From Pseudomonadota bacterium (lineage in GTDB: Bacteria; Desulfobacterota; Desulfovibrionia; Desulfovibrionales; Desulfovibrionaceae), in NCBI GenBank assembly GCA_018822065.1, contig JAHJKV010000170.1, positions 1-26,070 on the forward strand: 26,070 nt of DNA. Reading direction: 5' to 3'. The position numbers were made by a program, and so were the translations under genes. Shown here one piece after another: positions 16,337 to 25,245 of this stretch. The notes under the pieces were generated by a model. The model did not search any database, had not been told where the DNA came from, and was given only the letters and a program-made list of their open reading frames with translations. Every line of letters starts with the position of its first letter. The first letter of the stretch is position 1.

Positions 16337-18955
16337 CTAGCCGTATAGGGCGACCTGGTCCCGGCCTGCTCCCTTGGCAGCATACAGCGCTTCGTCAGCC
16401 GCCTTGAGCACGGTCTCCGCATCCCTGCCGTGTTGTGGAAACAAGGCCACTCCGATGGAGGCGGTGATCCGTTCTTCCGAACCGTCCAGCTTGATCCGCA
16501 GGGAGTCGCGAATGCCGTCGCAGAGTTCCTGGGCCTTGGCCAGGGCGGTTTCCTCGGTGACTTCGTTGAGGATCAGGGCAAATTCCTCGCCACCATAGCG
16601 GCAGGGAACGTCTTCTCCGCGAATCTTCACGCGTAGGAACGCGGCGAGTTCCGTCAGGGCCAGGTCGCCTGCGTCGTGGCCAAAGGTGTCATTGAATTGC
16701 TTGAAGTGGTCCAGGTCGAGCATAAGCACGGCAACGGAGTGCTTGCGCCGGGTGGCGCGGGCAAGTTCGCGGTTCATGACTTCGTCCATGTACCGGCGGT
16801 TGTAGAGTCCGGTGAGCGGGTCCAGGATTGACTGCAGGCGCAGGCTTTCGCGCAGGCCAAGGTTGGAGATGGTAAGAGCCAGATTTTCCGTGATGCTGGA
16901 GGCCAGGCGAAGCACGGAGCTGCGACTCATGAGCCGTTCAGGCGAACCCATCGGGGTCTGGAACTGGACGAGCAGAAGACCGATGAGTTCGTTTTGGGTG
17001 GTCAGGGGAGCGCACAGCGAGCCGTTTGTCGTCATGTTCCCCAGGTGGGCGCAAGGTGGGCGTTGGTTGGTTGTGTCGAGGAGATAGGGCTTGCCTTGCC
17101 GAAGGCCCCAACATTCGTCGGCGAGAAAAGGTGCGGATGTATCGCCCTGGAACACGGGTTCCAGTTCGGATGTGGATTTGTTGAAAATGAAGAGGGACAC
17201 GGTATCGTCGGGAAAGAACTGGCCCATGAACCGCCGCACCACAGGGAAGGTCTCTGTCTGACTGTGACAGAGTTGGACCAGGGTGCCCATCTCCTGAAGC
17301 AGGGCGCGTTCCTTGTTTCTTGCCTCCAGTCGATGGACATACCTGGAAAGTTCGGAAGTACGTTCATCAACCCGCTGCTCCAATTCCGTCTTGGCCTCAT
17401 GCACGGCCATTTCAGACTCCTTGCGGCGGGTAATGTCGGTTATGGAGCCTTCCATGTGAACAATGTTTCCCTTTTCGTCCAGGGAGGCCCTGGAGTTGAT
17501 GGAAGCCCAGATCGAGGAGCCGTCCAGGCGGCGCAGCTGAGCTTCGAATCCAAAGACAGTGCCATGCTCGGAAAGCTGTTGAAGCAATTCTATGCGCCGC
17601 TCCGGGTTGACATACAGCTGGTTGCCGAGGTCGGCGACGTATTCGACCAGGGATGTTTGGTTGTCGAATCCGAGCATGCGGGCCAGGGAGGGGTTGGCGT
17701 CCAGTATTATCCCTTCTGCGGTGGACTGGAAGATGCCTTCCACCGCGTTTTCAAAGATACTGCGGTATTTTTCTTCGGAGAGCTGCAAATGATGCCGGGA
17801 TTTTTCCAGTTTGGTCATGAAGATGTTGTAATAGTTTGCCAGCTCGCCAAGTTCACCGCCCTGTTGTGTGTCTATGCGTCCTGAGTAGTTGCCTTCCGCT
17901 CCCTGTTCAAAGCCTGCGGACAGGGTCTTGACGGGCTTGGAGATGGAGTTGGCTATCCACCAGGTCAGAGGCAGGAGCAAGGCGGCAAGGAGCGCGGCCA
18001 TAAGCAGGGTGGCTGTGGCCAGGGTACGCAGGGGCTGATAGAATTCCTCAAGATAGCTTGAGGAAGCAATGATCCAGTCGAATTCGGGAATATAGTTGAA
18101 AATGACCAGTTTTTCCCGGGGCTCTGTCTCGCCCGGATTCTGCCAGGGGTAAATGATTTTCCCATTCTTTTCCCGGCACACTTCCTCGATGAACCGGCGC
18201 CCTGAGGAGTCTGTCGAGTCATAGATATTGGTTCCTTCCAGAGTGGGATGGATGATGAGGGTTCCGTTGGAATCCATGACGTAGGAGTAGCCGGTCTTGC
18301 CGAAGGTGATGGACCGGATGTCATCGCGGAGTTCGTCCAGGTTGAAGAGGCTAGTGAATTCGTCCCGGTAGGAACTGGCAGAGAGGATCCAGTCCCAGGG
18401 TTCAAAGTAGGTCATGTATAGGGCCTTGGGACGTGAAATGGCCTCGTCAGGGTTGTTCCAGTCATATTCCAGATAGCCCACCCGGCGTTCTTTCTGAAGC
18501 TGCACAAAAACGTTGTCAGAGATGTCTTGTCCGAGAAGTGCTTTTTGGGGGTGCACTTGGACGATGCCGTCGGAGTTGATGCAATAGATATAGCCGGTGG
18601 TGCCGATGGTCTGGCTCAGCAACACCTTGGTGGCCGCTGATTGCGCTTCTGCCTTGGTCAGTTCGCCCGTGAGGGTGCGGGCGTGAAACCCTGCCAGGAT
18701 GTCGCGGTTTTTTTCCGCAATGGCGCGCAGGTGATTGCGAATCGAGGCATCGGTGACGGTTTTGACAAGTCGGAGTATGGACGTTGTCGATGTTTGCAGT
18801 TCCTGTTCTATGGTTTCAGTGAGGGTGGAGCGGACGATCACGTACTGCATGAGCCCACCCAGAATCAGGGCCACAAGGAACGAGAAGAAGTAACCAAGGA
18901 GGAGCTTGGAGCGGATTGAGAGATTTTGTAATGGTCCTGACACGGGCTCCACCAT
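16337..18955 (-). CDS. Membrane diguanylate cyclase: Cache-HAMP-PAS-GAF-GGDEF
   Basis: Two TM segments flank Cache repeats (IGTTGYIYCI; FGKTGYSYVMD). PAS EKYRSIFENAVEGIFQS. DPLTGLYNRR, DLDHFKQFNDTFGHDAGD and RGEDVPCRYGGEEF give an intact active site and RxxD I-site. The start is uncertain (ATG 18955 or TTG 18970). Confidence 0.93.
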   Translation of the reverse strand: MVEPVSGPLQNLSIRSKLLLGYFFSFLVALILGGLMQYVIVRSTLTETIEQELQTSTTSILRLVKTVTDASIRNHLRAIAEKNRDILAGFHARTLTGELTKAEAQSAATKVLLSQTIGTTGYIYCINSDGIVQVHPQKALLGQDISDNVFVQLQKERRVGYLEYDWNNPDEAISRPKALYMTYFEPWDWILSASSYRDEFTSLFNLDELRDDIRSITFGKTGYSYVMDSNGTLIIHPTLEGTNIYDSTDSSGRRFIEEVCREKNGKIIYPWQNPGETEPREKLVIFNYIPEFDWIIASSSYLEEFYQPLRTLATATLLMAALLAALLLPLTWWIANSISKPVKTLSAGFEQGAEGNYSGRIDTQQGGELGELANYYNIFMTKLEKSRHHLQLSEEKYRSIFENAVEGIFQSTAEGIILDANPSLARMLGFDNQTSLVEYVADLGNQLYVNPERRIELLQQLSEHGTVFGFEAQLRRLDGSSIWASINSRASLDEKGNIVHMEGSITDITRRKESEMAVHEAKTELEQRVDERTSELSRYVHRLEARNKERALLQEMGTLVQLCHSQTETFPVVRRFMGQFFPDDTVSLFIFNKSTSELEPVFQGDTSAPFLADECWGLRQGKPYLLDTTNQRPPCAHLGNMTTNGSLCAPLTTQNELIGLLLVQFQTPMGSPERLMSRSSVLRLASSITENLALTISNLGLRESLRLQSILDPLTGLYNRRYMDEVMNRELARATRRKHSVAVLMLDLDHFKQFNDTFGHDAGDLALTELAAFLRVKIRGEDVPCRYGGEEFALILNEVTEETALAKAQELCDGIRDSLRIKLDGSEERITASIGVALFPQHGRDAETVLKAADEALYAAKGAGRDQVALYG

Positions 18956-18966
18956 GCTTCGCGATG

Positions 18967-19074
18967 TCAACGCAATGATCGTATGCAGTATTCCACCATA
19001 AATATATTACCCCAGGAGCAGGAGCGGCGCAAGGGTGCGAGGGCAGAAGGGACCAAAAGAAAGGAACGTGACAT
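18967..19074 (-). CDS. Candidate small ORF, 35 aa (MSRSFLLVPSALAPLRRSCSWGNIFMVEYCIRSLR)
   Basis: Strong SD AAGGGGAGG 5 nt before the ATG; the stop is 11 nt upstream of the cyclase ATG. No homology evidence. Confidence 0.3.
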   Translation of the reverse strand: MSRSFLLVPSALAPLRRSCSWGNIFMVEYCIRSLR

Positions 19075-19242
19075 GGTGTCCTCCCCTTGGGTGAGTTCAT
19101 AGCGTTCCTGAATGGTCACGGTGAAGCTGCGGGCCTGTCGGACCGACATGAGCTGTGCGCCCAGGGCTCTCAAGTCATGGCCCGGGCGGTTTGCATTGAA
19201 ATACAGTCCAAGCTGTTCACCCAATAGGGAGGGGTTGTGGGG

Positions 19243-19668
19243 TTAGGGTAACAGAAAGAGCTCGATGACGGCGACGGCGGAAAAGGCCTGATACAGGGCC
19301 ATGGCGAACAGGACTGCGTTGACGGTGCCATGGAAGAGGGCAAGCGAAGCGCGGCGACCCTTGGGCTTTTGGAGCATTAGACCGGTGATCAGACTCAGAA
19401 GGATCATGGGAACCATGGACACACCCACCAGGAAGTGGCCTCCCGTGAGATTGATGGACCCCCAAGAGTACCAACCCATGAACAGCCCGAGGCCAAATCC
19501 CAGCAACCAGATGGCGTGTACGACCTTTCCCCAGAATACATGCCGCTTCCACGGGAACAGGACCTTGATCCCCAGGTGTTGGGCGCGAAACCGCTGGAGA
19601 CCCATGAACAAGACCCAAGTGGCCAAAACCATGCAGATGGCTTGCAGGAGCGGGTGAATCCATAGCAT
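19243..19668 (-). CDS. DUF4079-like membrane protein, last gene of the oxidase operon
   Basis: MLWIHPLLQ...WKRHVFWG...GGHF...LFHG; about four hydrophobic segments with conserved His; RBS AAGGAG. Confidence 0.8.
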   Translation of the reverse strand: MLWIHPLLQAICMVLATWVLFMGLQRFRAQHLGIKVLFPWKRHVFWGKVVHAIWLLGFGLGLFMGWYSWGSINLTGGHFLVGVSMVPMILLSLITGLMLQKPKGRRASLALFHGTVNAVLFAMALYQAFSAVAVIELFLLP

Positions 19669-19683
19669 GTCGATCTCCTTGGT

Positions 19684-20577
19684 TTATAAAGAAATAAGCA
19701 GCATGGCCCCAAGGGCAAGGGGCAGAGAGCCGTCAATGGTTGCAGAGGCAAAGCGGTCGCGACCGGACAGGATGGCCAGTCCAAGGCCCAAACCGGTGGC
19801 TAGGCAGAGCAGGCAAAGCATCAACAACGGTGAAGAAGTGCCCAATGGATTGGAAATGATGGCGAAAACACTCAGGCCTATGAAGTAGGCGGCGATCCAC
19901 AGGGCCAGCAACGGTTTGCGCATGTGGGGTGAAAGAGAGCGGCAGGGCAGGGCATAACCGGCCCGCAGGTAGTCGTCACGCCGCTTTTCAGCCAGGAGCC
20001 AGAAGTGGGGCACCTGCCAGAGATAGAAAATGGCGGTCAGGGTCAGGATGGGCGGGTCCAGGGCAGAGCCCCCGGCTGCCAGCCAACCGGTCAGGGGCGG
20101 CAGGGCCCCGGCAACGCCACCGGCCAGGAGCGCCAGGGGGGTTGCCGGCTTGAGCGGGGTGTAGAGGCCATTGTACGCGAACAGCACTGCCATTCCGACA
20201 CGAAGCAGGGGCCATCCTCCCGAGACGTAATAAAAGGCCAAACCCAGGCCGGCCCACAGGCCTCCCCAGGCCAGAGCACAGCGCGCGGTGATCTGTTTTG
20301 TGGGCAGGGGACGGTTGCAGGTTCGCTCCATCAGCCCGTCTCGCCATCGCTCTTGGACCTGATTCAGGGCCGAGCAACCAGCGCAGAGAAAAAATGATCC
20401 GAAGGCACTCAGCAGTATAGTTCCTAATTTTATGTAATTATAGCTATGTAAGACGTTTTGAGACAAATTGTATGACTGATTGATGGACAAAACGTAAAAC
20501 AAAGCGCCGCACAGAGAGCCTAAGGTGACGGCCAGGCTGACCTTGGGTCGGGCAAGTTGCAGCACGGGCCAGTTCAT
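19684..20577 (-). CDS. cyoE: Protohaem IX farnesyltransferase (haem O synthase, UbiA family)
   Basis: QLARPKV, SALNQVQERWRDGLMERTCNRPLP, YNGLYTPLK, GALPPLTGW and YLWQVPHF; the start overlaps the coxII stop (ATGA). Confidence 0.95.
   Translation of the reverse strand: MNWPVLQLARPKVSLAVTLGSLCGALFYVLSINQSYNLSQNVLHSYNYIKLGTILLSAFGSFFLCAGCSALNQVQERWRDGLMERTCNRPLPTKQITARCALAWGGLWAGLGLAFYYVSGGWPLLRVGMAVLFAYNGLYTPLKPATPLALLAGGVAGALPPLTGWLAAGGSALDPPILTLTAIFYLWQVPHFWLLAEKRRDDYLRAGYALPCRSLSPHMRKPLLALWIAAYFIGLSVFAIISNPLGTSSPLLMLCLLCLATGLGLGLAILSGRDRFASATIDGSLPLALGAMLLISL
20437..20466 (-). promoter_or_regulatory. Sigma70-like promoter inside cyoE
   Basis: Minus-strand TTGTCT-N18-TATAAT within an AT-rich stretch. 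Confidence 0.4.
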
Positions 20578-21821
20578 TCGTCTGCATCCTTCCTCATGGA
20601 GGCGAGCCACTCCACCAGGAGCTTCAAACGATCCGGTGTCAGGTTCTCGAAAGATGGCATGCCGTCATCAAAGCCTTCGGAGATAAGCGCAGATGGATTG
20701 ACAATAGATTCGGTGAGATAGAGTATGTCGGCCAGTAATTCCTGCGTTCCGCCCGCAGCAGCATCCACCCTGCGCATGGATCCGGCAAGGCCCTTGAAGC
20801 TAGGACCAACATCGTCCGTGCCGTCGGTGGTATGGCAGGCCAGGCATCCTTCCTCGTCCGCGATTTTCTGGCCGAGAAGCATGGCTGGTGCGGCTTCTGC
20901 TGTGACCTGTCCCGTCATCAGGAAGGAGACAATGCCCTCCAGGTCCTCCTCGGGAATCTCTCCGTCGTATGAGAACATCAGGTCCTCCCAATCCTTGACC
21001 AATTCTGCCGAGGGATCGAGGATGGCCCGGCGCAGGTAGGCCTCGTCGCGGGCCAGTCTTGTCCTGGTTCCGTCCGGCAGCACAAGGGAAACTTCCTTTC
21101 CGCCGATCTTGCCGAGTCCTGGTCCGACGCCCTCGCTTCCATCCAAGGTGTGGCAGTCTAGGCAGCCATACCGGTCCAGAAGTTCCGGGCCGGTGAGCAT
21201 GGGGGCGGCACTGACCTGGGCTCCCTCCTGCAGCCAGGCCTGAAATTCTTCAGGGGAAACCACGCGAAGGGTGGTGACCATGTTCGAGTGCTTGAGGCCG
21301 CAGTATTCGGCGCAGAAGATGTCGAATTCCCCAGGAGCGTCGGACTCGAACCAGGCATCAGTATCCATGCCCGGCACCATGTCCCACTTGAGGCGCATGG
21401 CCGGGACATAGAAACTGTGGATCACGTCCTTGGCGCTCAGTTCCAGTTTAACCGGTGTGTCCACAGGCACCACCAGGATCTCAGAGGTCTTGCCCGTCTC
21501 ATAGGTGAACTTCCAGGACCACATGCGCCCTTCGGCCTGAACCACCATGGCCCCCTCGGGAATGGTGCGCATGGCTTTGAAGCTGCTCCATCCGGTCCAG
21601 AAGAGCCCCATGACGATAATGGTGGGGATCACGGTCCAGAGAATCTCGGCCCAGATGTTGCCCTCGATATCGGCTGCCACCGGGTGCCGTTTGTGGTGGT
21701 AGCGGTAGAGGAACCAGAGCATCAGCCCGGTGACGAAGACCATGATGAATACGGAAAAGCCGAGAATGATCAGGAAGGCCTGATCCACCTCTTTCGCTGC
21801 GCTGAAGACTTGGGCGTACAT
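20574..21821 (-). CDS. coxB: Cytochrome c oxidase subunit II with two C-terminal haem c domains
   Basis: Two TM helices; DVIHSF and CAEYCGLKHSNM (CuA); CLDCH and CLACH. Confidence 0.97.
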   Translation of the reverse strand: MYAQVFSAAKEVDQAFLIILGFSVFIMVFVTGLMLWFLYRYHHKRHPVAADIEGNIWAEILWTVIPTIIVMGLFWTGWSSFKAMRTIPEGAMVVQAEGRMWSWKFTYETGKTSEILVVPVDTPVKLELSAKDVIHSFYVPAMRLKWDMVPGMDTDAWFESDAPGEFDIFCAEYCGLKHSNMVTTLRVVSPEEFQAWLQEGAQVSAAPMLTGPELLDRYGCLDCHTLDGSEGVGPGLGKIGGKEVSLVLPDGTRTRLARDEAYLRRAILDPSAELVKDWEDLMFSYDGEIPEEDLEGIVSFLMTGQVTAEAAPAMLLGQKIADEEGCLACHTTDGTDDVGPSFKGLAGSMRRVDAAAGGTQELLADILYLTESIVNPSALISEGFDDGMPSFENLTPDRLKLLVEWLASMRKDADE

Positions 21822-21831
21822 GGTCGGTCTC

Positions 21832-22128
21832 CTAGCGGTAGGCGGTATCGAAGAAGGTCATGCCGATGAAGATGGACAGGATGACAAAGGCCGTGAGCAC
21901 CATGAGTTTCAGGGTCAATTCCTCATATTTGAGGTGCATGAAGAAGAAGATCACCAGCGAGGCCTTGGTCGTGGCCACTGCCAGGGCTGCCACCACGTTC
22001 AAGAATCCCAGGTTGATGCCGGCCACCCAGACCGTGGTCGCGGTGAGGACCAGCAGGGCAGCCCAGATGGCGATGAACAGGCCGTATCCTGGACCGTGTC
22101 CCTCGTGTTGTGTGCTGTGTTCACTCAT
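21832..22128 (-). CDS. coxD: Cytochrome c oxidase subunit IV
   Basis: IWAALLVLTATTV...KASLVIFFFMHLKYE. Confidence 0.93.
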   Translation of the reverse strand: MSEHSTQHEGHGPGYGLFIAIWAALLVLTATTVWVAGINLGFLNVVAALAVATTKASLVIFFFMHLKYEELTLKLMVLTAFVILSIFIGMTFFDTAYR

Positions 22129-22137
22129 CTCTCGCTC

Positions 22138-22734
22138 CTAGGTGATCAGGTAGAACAGGGGGAAGAGGTAGATCCAGATCAAGTCCACCAGGTGCCAATA
22201 CAGCCCTGCGTTTTCCAGGGTGACGTGTTGTTCGGGTGTGATCTTGCCCTTGCTGATCAGCCAATAGACCCAGCCGAGCAGGCCCATGCCGAGGACCACG
22301 TGAATGCCGTGCAGGCCGGTCATGGTGTAGTAGAGGGCGAAAAAGGCCTGCTGTCCCTCGGGCCAGTCTGTGAGGTGTGGGGAATTGGGATAGATGCCGT
22401 GGTGAATCTTGGCGCCCCACTCCATGTACTTGTCTGCCAGGAAGACCCCGGCCAGGAGGATGGTCAGGAGAATGAAAATCTTGGACCGACGGATGTCGCC
22501 CCGCTGCAGGGCGATAACAGCCAGGGCCGCGAACAGGCTGGAGGTGATCAGCACCACCGTGTTCAGGGTGCCCATGGTGACGTCGAGCATCTGGCTGGCG
22601 GTATGAAATTCCACCGGATAGCGCTGCATGGTCACGGAATAGAGCACGAAGAGGCCGCCAAAGAGCAGAATCTCGGTAAACAGGAAGAGCCACATGCCCA
22701 TTTTGGCGCCGAGGTAATCCTTGGGGAGGGTCAT
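22138..22734 (-). CDS. coxC: Cytochrome c oxidase subunit III
   Basis: GMWLFLFTEILLFGGLF, LNTVVLITSS, MTGLHGIHV and GLYWHLVDLIWIYLFPLFY; ATGA overlap with coxI. Confidence 0.96.
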   Translation of the reverse strand: MTLPKDYLGAKMGMWLFLFTEILLFGGLFVLYSVTMQRYPVEFHTASQMLDVTMGTLNTVVLITSSLFAALAVIALQRGDIRRSKIFILLTILLAGVFLADKYMEWGAKIHHGIYPNSPHLTDWPEGQQAFFALYYTMTGLHGIHVVLGMGLLGWVYWLISKGKITPEQHVTLENAGLYWHLVDLIWIYLFPLFYLIT

Positions 22735-24356
22735 TGGTCTGTCCCTCCGGGTGACAGGTGCTTGAAGTCGTAGGGACCGTGGGTGACCACCGGTTCCTGG
22801 TCGAAGTTGTTGGTGGGCGGGGGCGAGGGCAGGGTCCATTCCAGGGTGGCTGCCTCCCAGGGGTTGTCGCCCACCTTTTGTCCATGTTTCCAGCCCCTGG
22901 CCAGGTTGGAGAACATCAGGACCAGCCCTATGAGGGTGACCCAGGAGCCGACAGTGGAGGCCACCTGGAGGTTCGTGAACTGAGGCAGGTAGTCGTAGTA
23001 GCGTCGGGGCATGCCTTGCAGGCCGAGAAGGTACATGGGGAAGTAGAGTCCGTTCATTCCGATGATCAGAATGATGGCGCTCGTGGTGGCGATGGTCTTG
23101 TTGTACATCCTCCCGGTAATCTTGGGGAACCAGTAGTGCATGGCCGCGAACATCCCGAAACCGGTGCCGCCGAAGATGACGTAGTGGAAGTGGCCGACCA
23201 CGAAGTAGGTGTCATGCACGTGCATGTCCGTTCCTGCCGAGCCGAGGACCAGGCCGGTGATGCCGCCCATGGAAAAGAGAAAGATGAAGCCGAGGGCGAA
23301 GATGAGCGGGGGTTCCGGACGGATGGCACCCTTGTAGAGAGTTGAAGTCCAGTTGAAGACCTTCACTGCCGAAGGAACGGCCACGACAAAGGTCAGGAAG
23401 GAGAAGATCATCACTGCGGTGTCGCTCATGCCGGAGACGAACATATGGTGTGCCCAGACCAGGGAACCGGCAAAGGCGATGGCCAGAGAAGACCCGACAA
23501 TGGTCTTGTATCCAAAGATATTTTTACGAGCAAATACCGGAATGATGTCGGAGATGACCCCCATGGCCGGGACGATCATGATGTATACGGCCGGGTGGGA
23601 ATAAATCCAGAACAGATGCTGATACAGAATGGGGTCTCCCCCCTTGGCCGGGTCGAAGATGCCCATGCCCATCACCCGTTCCACAACGATCAGCAAGGCC
23701 GTGATGCCCAGGATGGGGGTGGCCAGAACTTGAATCCAGGCCGTGGCGTAGAGTCCCCAGGCAAAAAGCGGCAATCGGGTCCAGGTGAGGCCCGGAGCGC
23801 GGAGTCGGTGGATGGTGACGATGAAATTGAGGCCCGTGAGGATCGAGGAGAACCCGAGGATGAACACGCCCAGCACGGCCACGGAGACGTTGGTGGTGGT
23901 CACGGCGGAGAAGGGCACATAGAAGGTCCAGCCCGTGTCTGGTGCGCCGCCACCAGTGAAGAGCGAGGTCAGGGCGATGGCCGCGCCGATGATGTAGAGC
24001 CACCAGGAGAACATGTTCAGCCTGGGAAAAGCCACATCCTCGGCCCCCAGTTGCAGAGGCAGGAAGATATTGCCAAAGGCGGCGGGGATGCTCGGGATCA
24101 CCACCAGGAAAACCATGGTCACCCCGTGCAGGGTGAAGATCGCATTGTAGGTCTGAGGGCCCATGATGGTGGCTCCTGGCGTGAGCATTTCCAGTCGGGC
24201 CAGGAGTCCAAGCACCACGCCCACGCCAAAGAAGGAGAGGATGCACCACAAATAGAGCATGCCGATGCGCTTGTGGTCGTGAGTGAAAAGCCAGGAGCGC
24301 AAAAACCCCTTGCCGGTCGGCGCGAAAAAGCCTTTGTCAGCAGGTGCAACGGTCAT
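22731..24356 (-). CDS. coxA: Cytochrome c oxidase subunit I, type A2
   Basis: DHKRIG, TLHG, FWIYSHPAVY (YS motif of A2 enzymes), WAHHMF, HFHYV and MPRRY. Confidence 0.98.
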   Translation of the reverse strand: MTVAPADKGFFAPTGKGFLRSWLFTHDHKRIGMLYLWCILSFFGVGVVLGLLARLEMLTPGATIMGPQTYNAIFTLHGVTMVFLVVIPSIPAAFGNIFLPLQLGAEDVAFPRLNMFSWWLYIIGAAIALTSLFTGGGAPDTGWTFYVPFSAVTTTNVSVAVLGVFILGFSSILTGLNFIVTIHRLRAPGLTWTRLPLFAWGLYATAWIQVLATPILGITALLIVVERVMGMGIFDPAKGGDPILYQHLFWIYSHPAVYIMIVPAMGVISDIIPVFARKNIFGYKTIVGSSLAIAFAGSLVWAHHMFVSGMSDTAVMIFSFLTFVVAVPSAVKVFNWTSTLYKGAIRPEPPLIFALGFIFLFSMGGITGLVLGSAGTDMHVHDTYFVVGHFHYVIFGGTGFGMFAAMHYWFPKITGRMYNKTIATTSAIILIIGMNGLYFPMYLLGLQGMPRRYYDYLPQFTNLQVASTVGSWVTLIGLVLMFSNLARGWKHGQKVGDNPWEAATLEWTLPSPPPTNNFDQEPVVTHGPYDFKHLSPGGTDQ

Positions 24357-24368
24357 CTACAGCCGCCT

Positions 24369-25241
24369 TTAGCGTTTCTTTTTTTTGCCACCCAGCACCA
24401 GAAAGGAGATGAAAGCGACAACGAAGATTACGATGGAGAATCCGGCCACGCGCAGGGTGGAGAAGACATAGCGACGCCCTTGGGGGTCGTAGCTGTAGCA
24501 CATGGAGAGCAGGCGCTTGACCGAAAGGCTGGTGATCCCCTCAGAAGCCTTGGTGGCGGCGATGGTGATATCCATTGGCAGGAAGCCCGGGCCGTAGAGG
24601 TAGCGGACCACCTTGCCGCCCGGCGCAAGAGCAATCACGGCCACAGGGTGGGCAAACAGTCCACCCTGACGACGAACAGTATAGCCGATGGAGTTTAAAG
24701 CCATATCGATAGCTTTTTGATCACCCGTGAGGAATTGCCAGTCCTTAGAGGGGTACTTCCCCTGGAGTGCTGCCATGTACTGTTTTTTCGCGTGGGCTGC
24801 GTCCTGGGGCGTGTCGCGCGGGTCAAAGCTCAGTGAGATGACCTGAATCTCTTTGCCGGGCTCAAGGGGCACGTCAGGGAGAATCTGGGCAAAGGAGCTT
24901 TGGAGCAGGCTGCAGACATCCGGGCATTTGAAGTAGATGGGCAACAGGATGGTGGGAACCGAGACCAATTCCCGCAGGTTCACCCGGTTTCCGTCGGAAT
25001 CGGAGAACTCGACGTCGGCCAGCAGGTTTCCAAGTTTTTCCTCGATGCCTACCTCCGCGCTGTCTTCCGGGGCAGACAGGGTGGCTTCTTCAATGAGCTT
25101 CTGGTGGTCGTGCCCCTCCATTGCGGCCGCGTCCATTTCCATACCTCCCTGGTCCAGGGGTTCGATGGAACCTTGATCCTGGGCCAGGGAGGCGGAAACA
25201 AGCAGAAGGACGGCAAGAACCGTCGCAAGCAGGAGTTTCAT
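24369..25241 (-). CDS. sco: SCO-family copper chaperone
   Basis: Signal peptide; CPDVC (CxxxC); FAHP; C-terminal TM segment and basic tail. Confidence 0.93.
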   Translation of the reverse strand: MKLLLATVLAVLLLVSASLAQDQGSIEPLDQGGMEMDAAAMEGHDHQKLIEEATLSAPEDSAEVGIEEKLGNLLADVEFSDSDGNRVNLRELVSVPTILLPIYFKCPDVCSLLQSSFAQILPDVPLEPGKEIQVISLSFDPRDTPQDAAHAKKQYMAALQGKYPSKDWQFLTGDQKAIDMALNSIGYTVRRQGGLFAHPVAVIALAPGGKVVRYLYGPGFLPMDITIAATKASEGITSLSVKRLLSMCYSYDPQGRRYVFSTLRVAGFSIVIFVVAFISFLVLGGKKKKR

Positions 25242-25245
25242 GTGC

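Noticed and set aside
16337-16810. GGDEF domain as a Hypr-type 3',3'-cGAMP synthase
   Set aside because: It retains Asp in GHDAGD at the specificity position where Hypr enzymes have Ser/Thr, so it looks like an ordinary diguanylate cyclase.
23445-24698. Long antisense ORFs (417 aa here; also 21820-22773, 1936-2856 and 16994-17884)
   Set aside because: Shadow ORFs opposite GC-rich genes, with no RBS or motif support.
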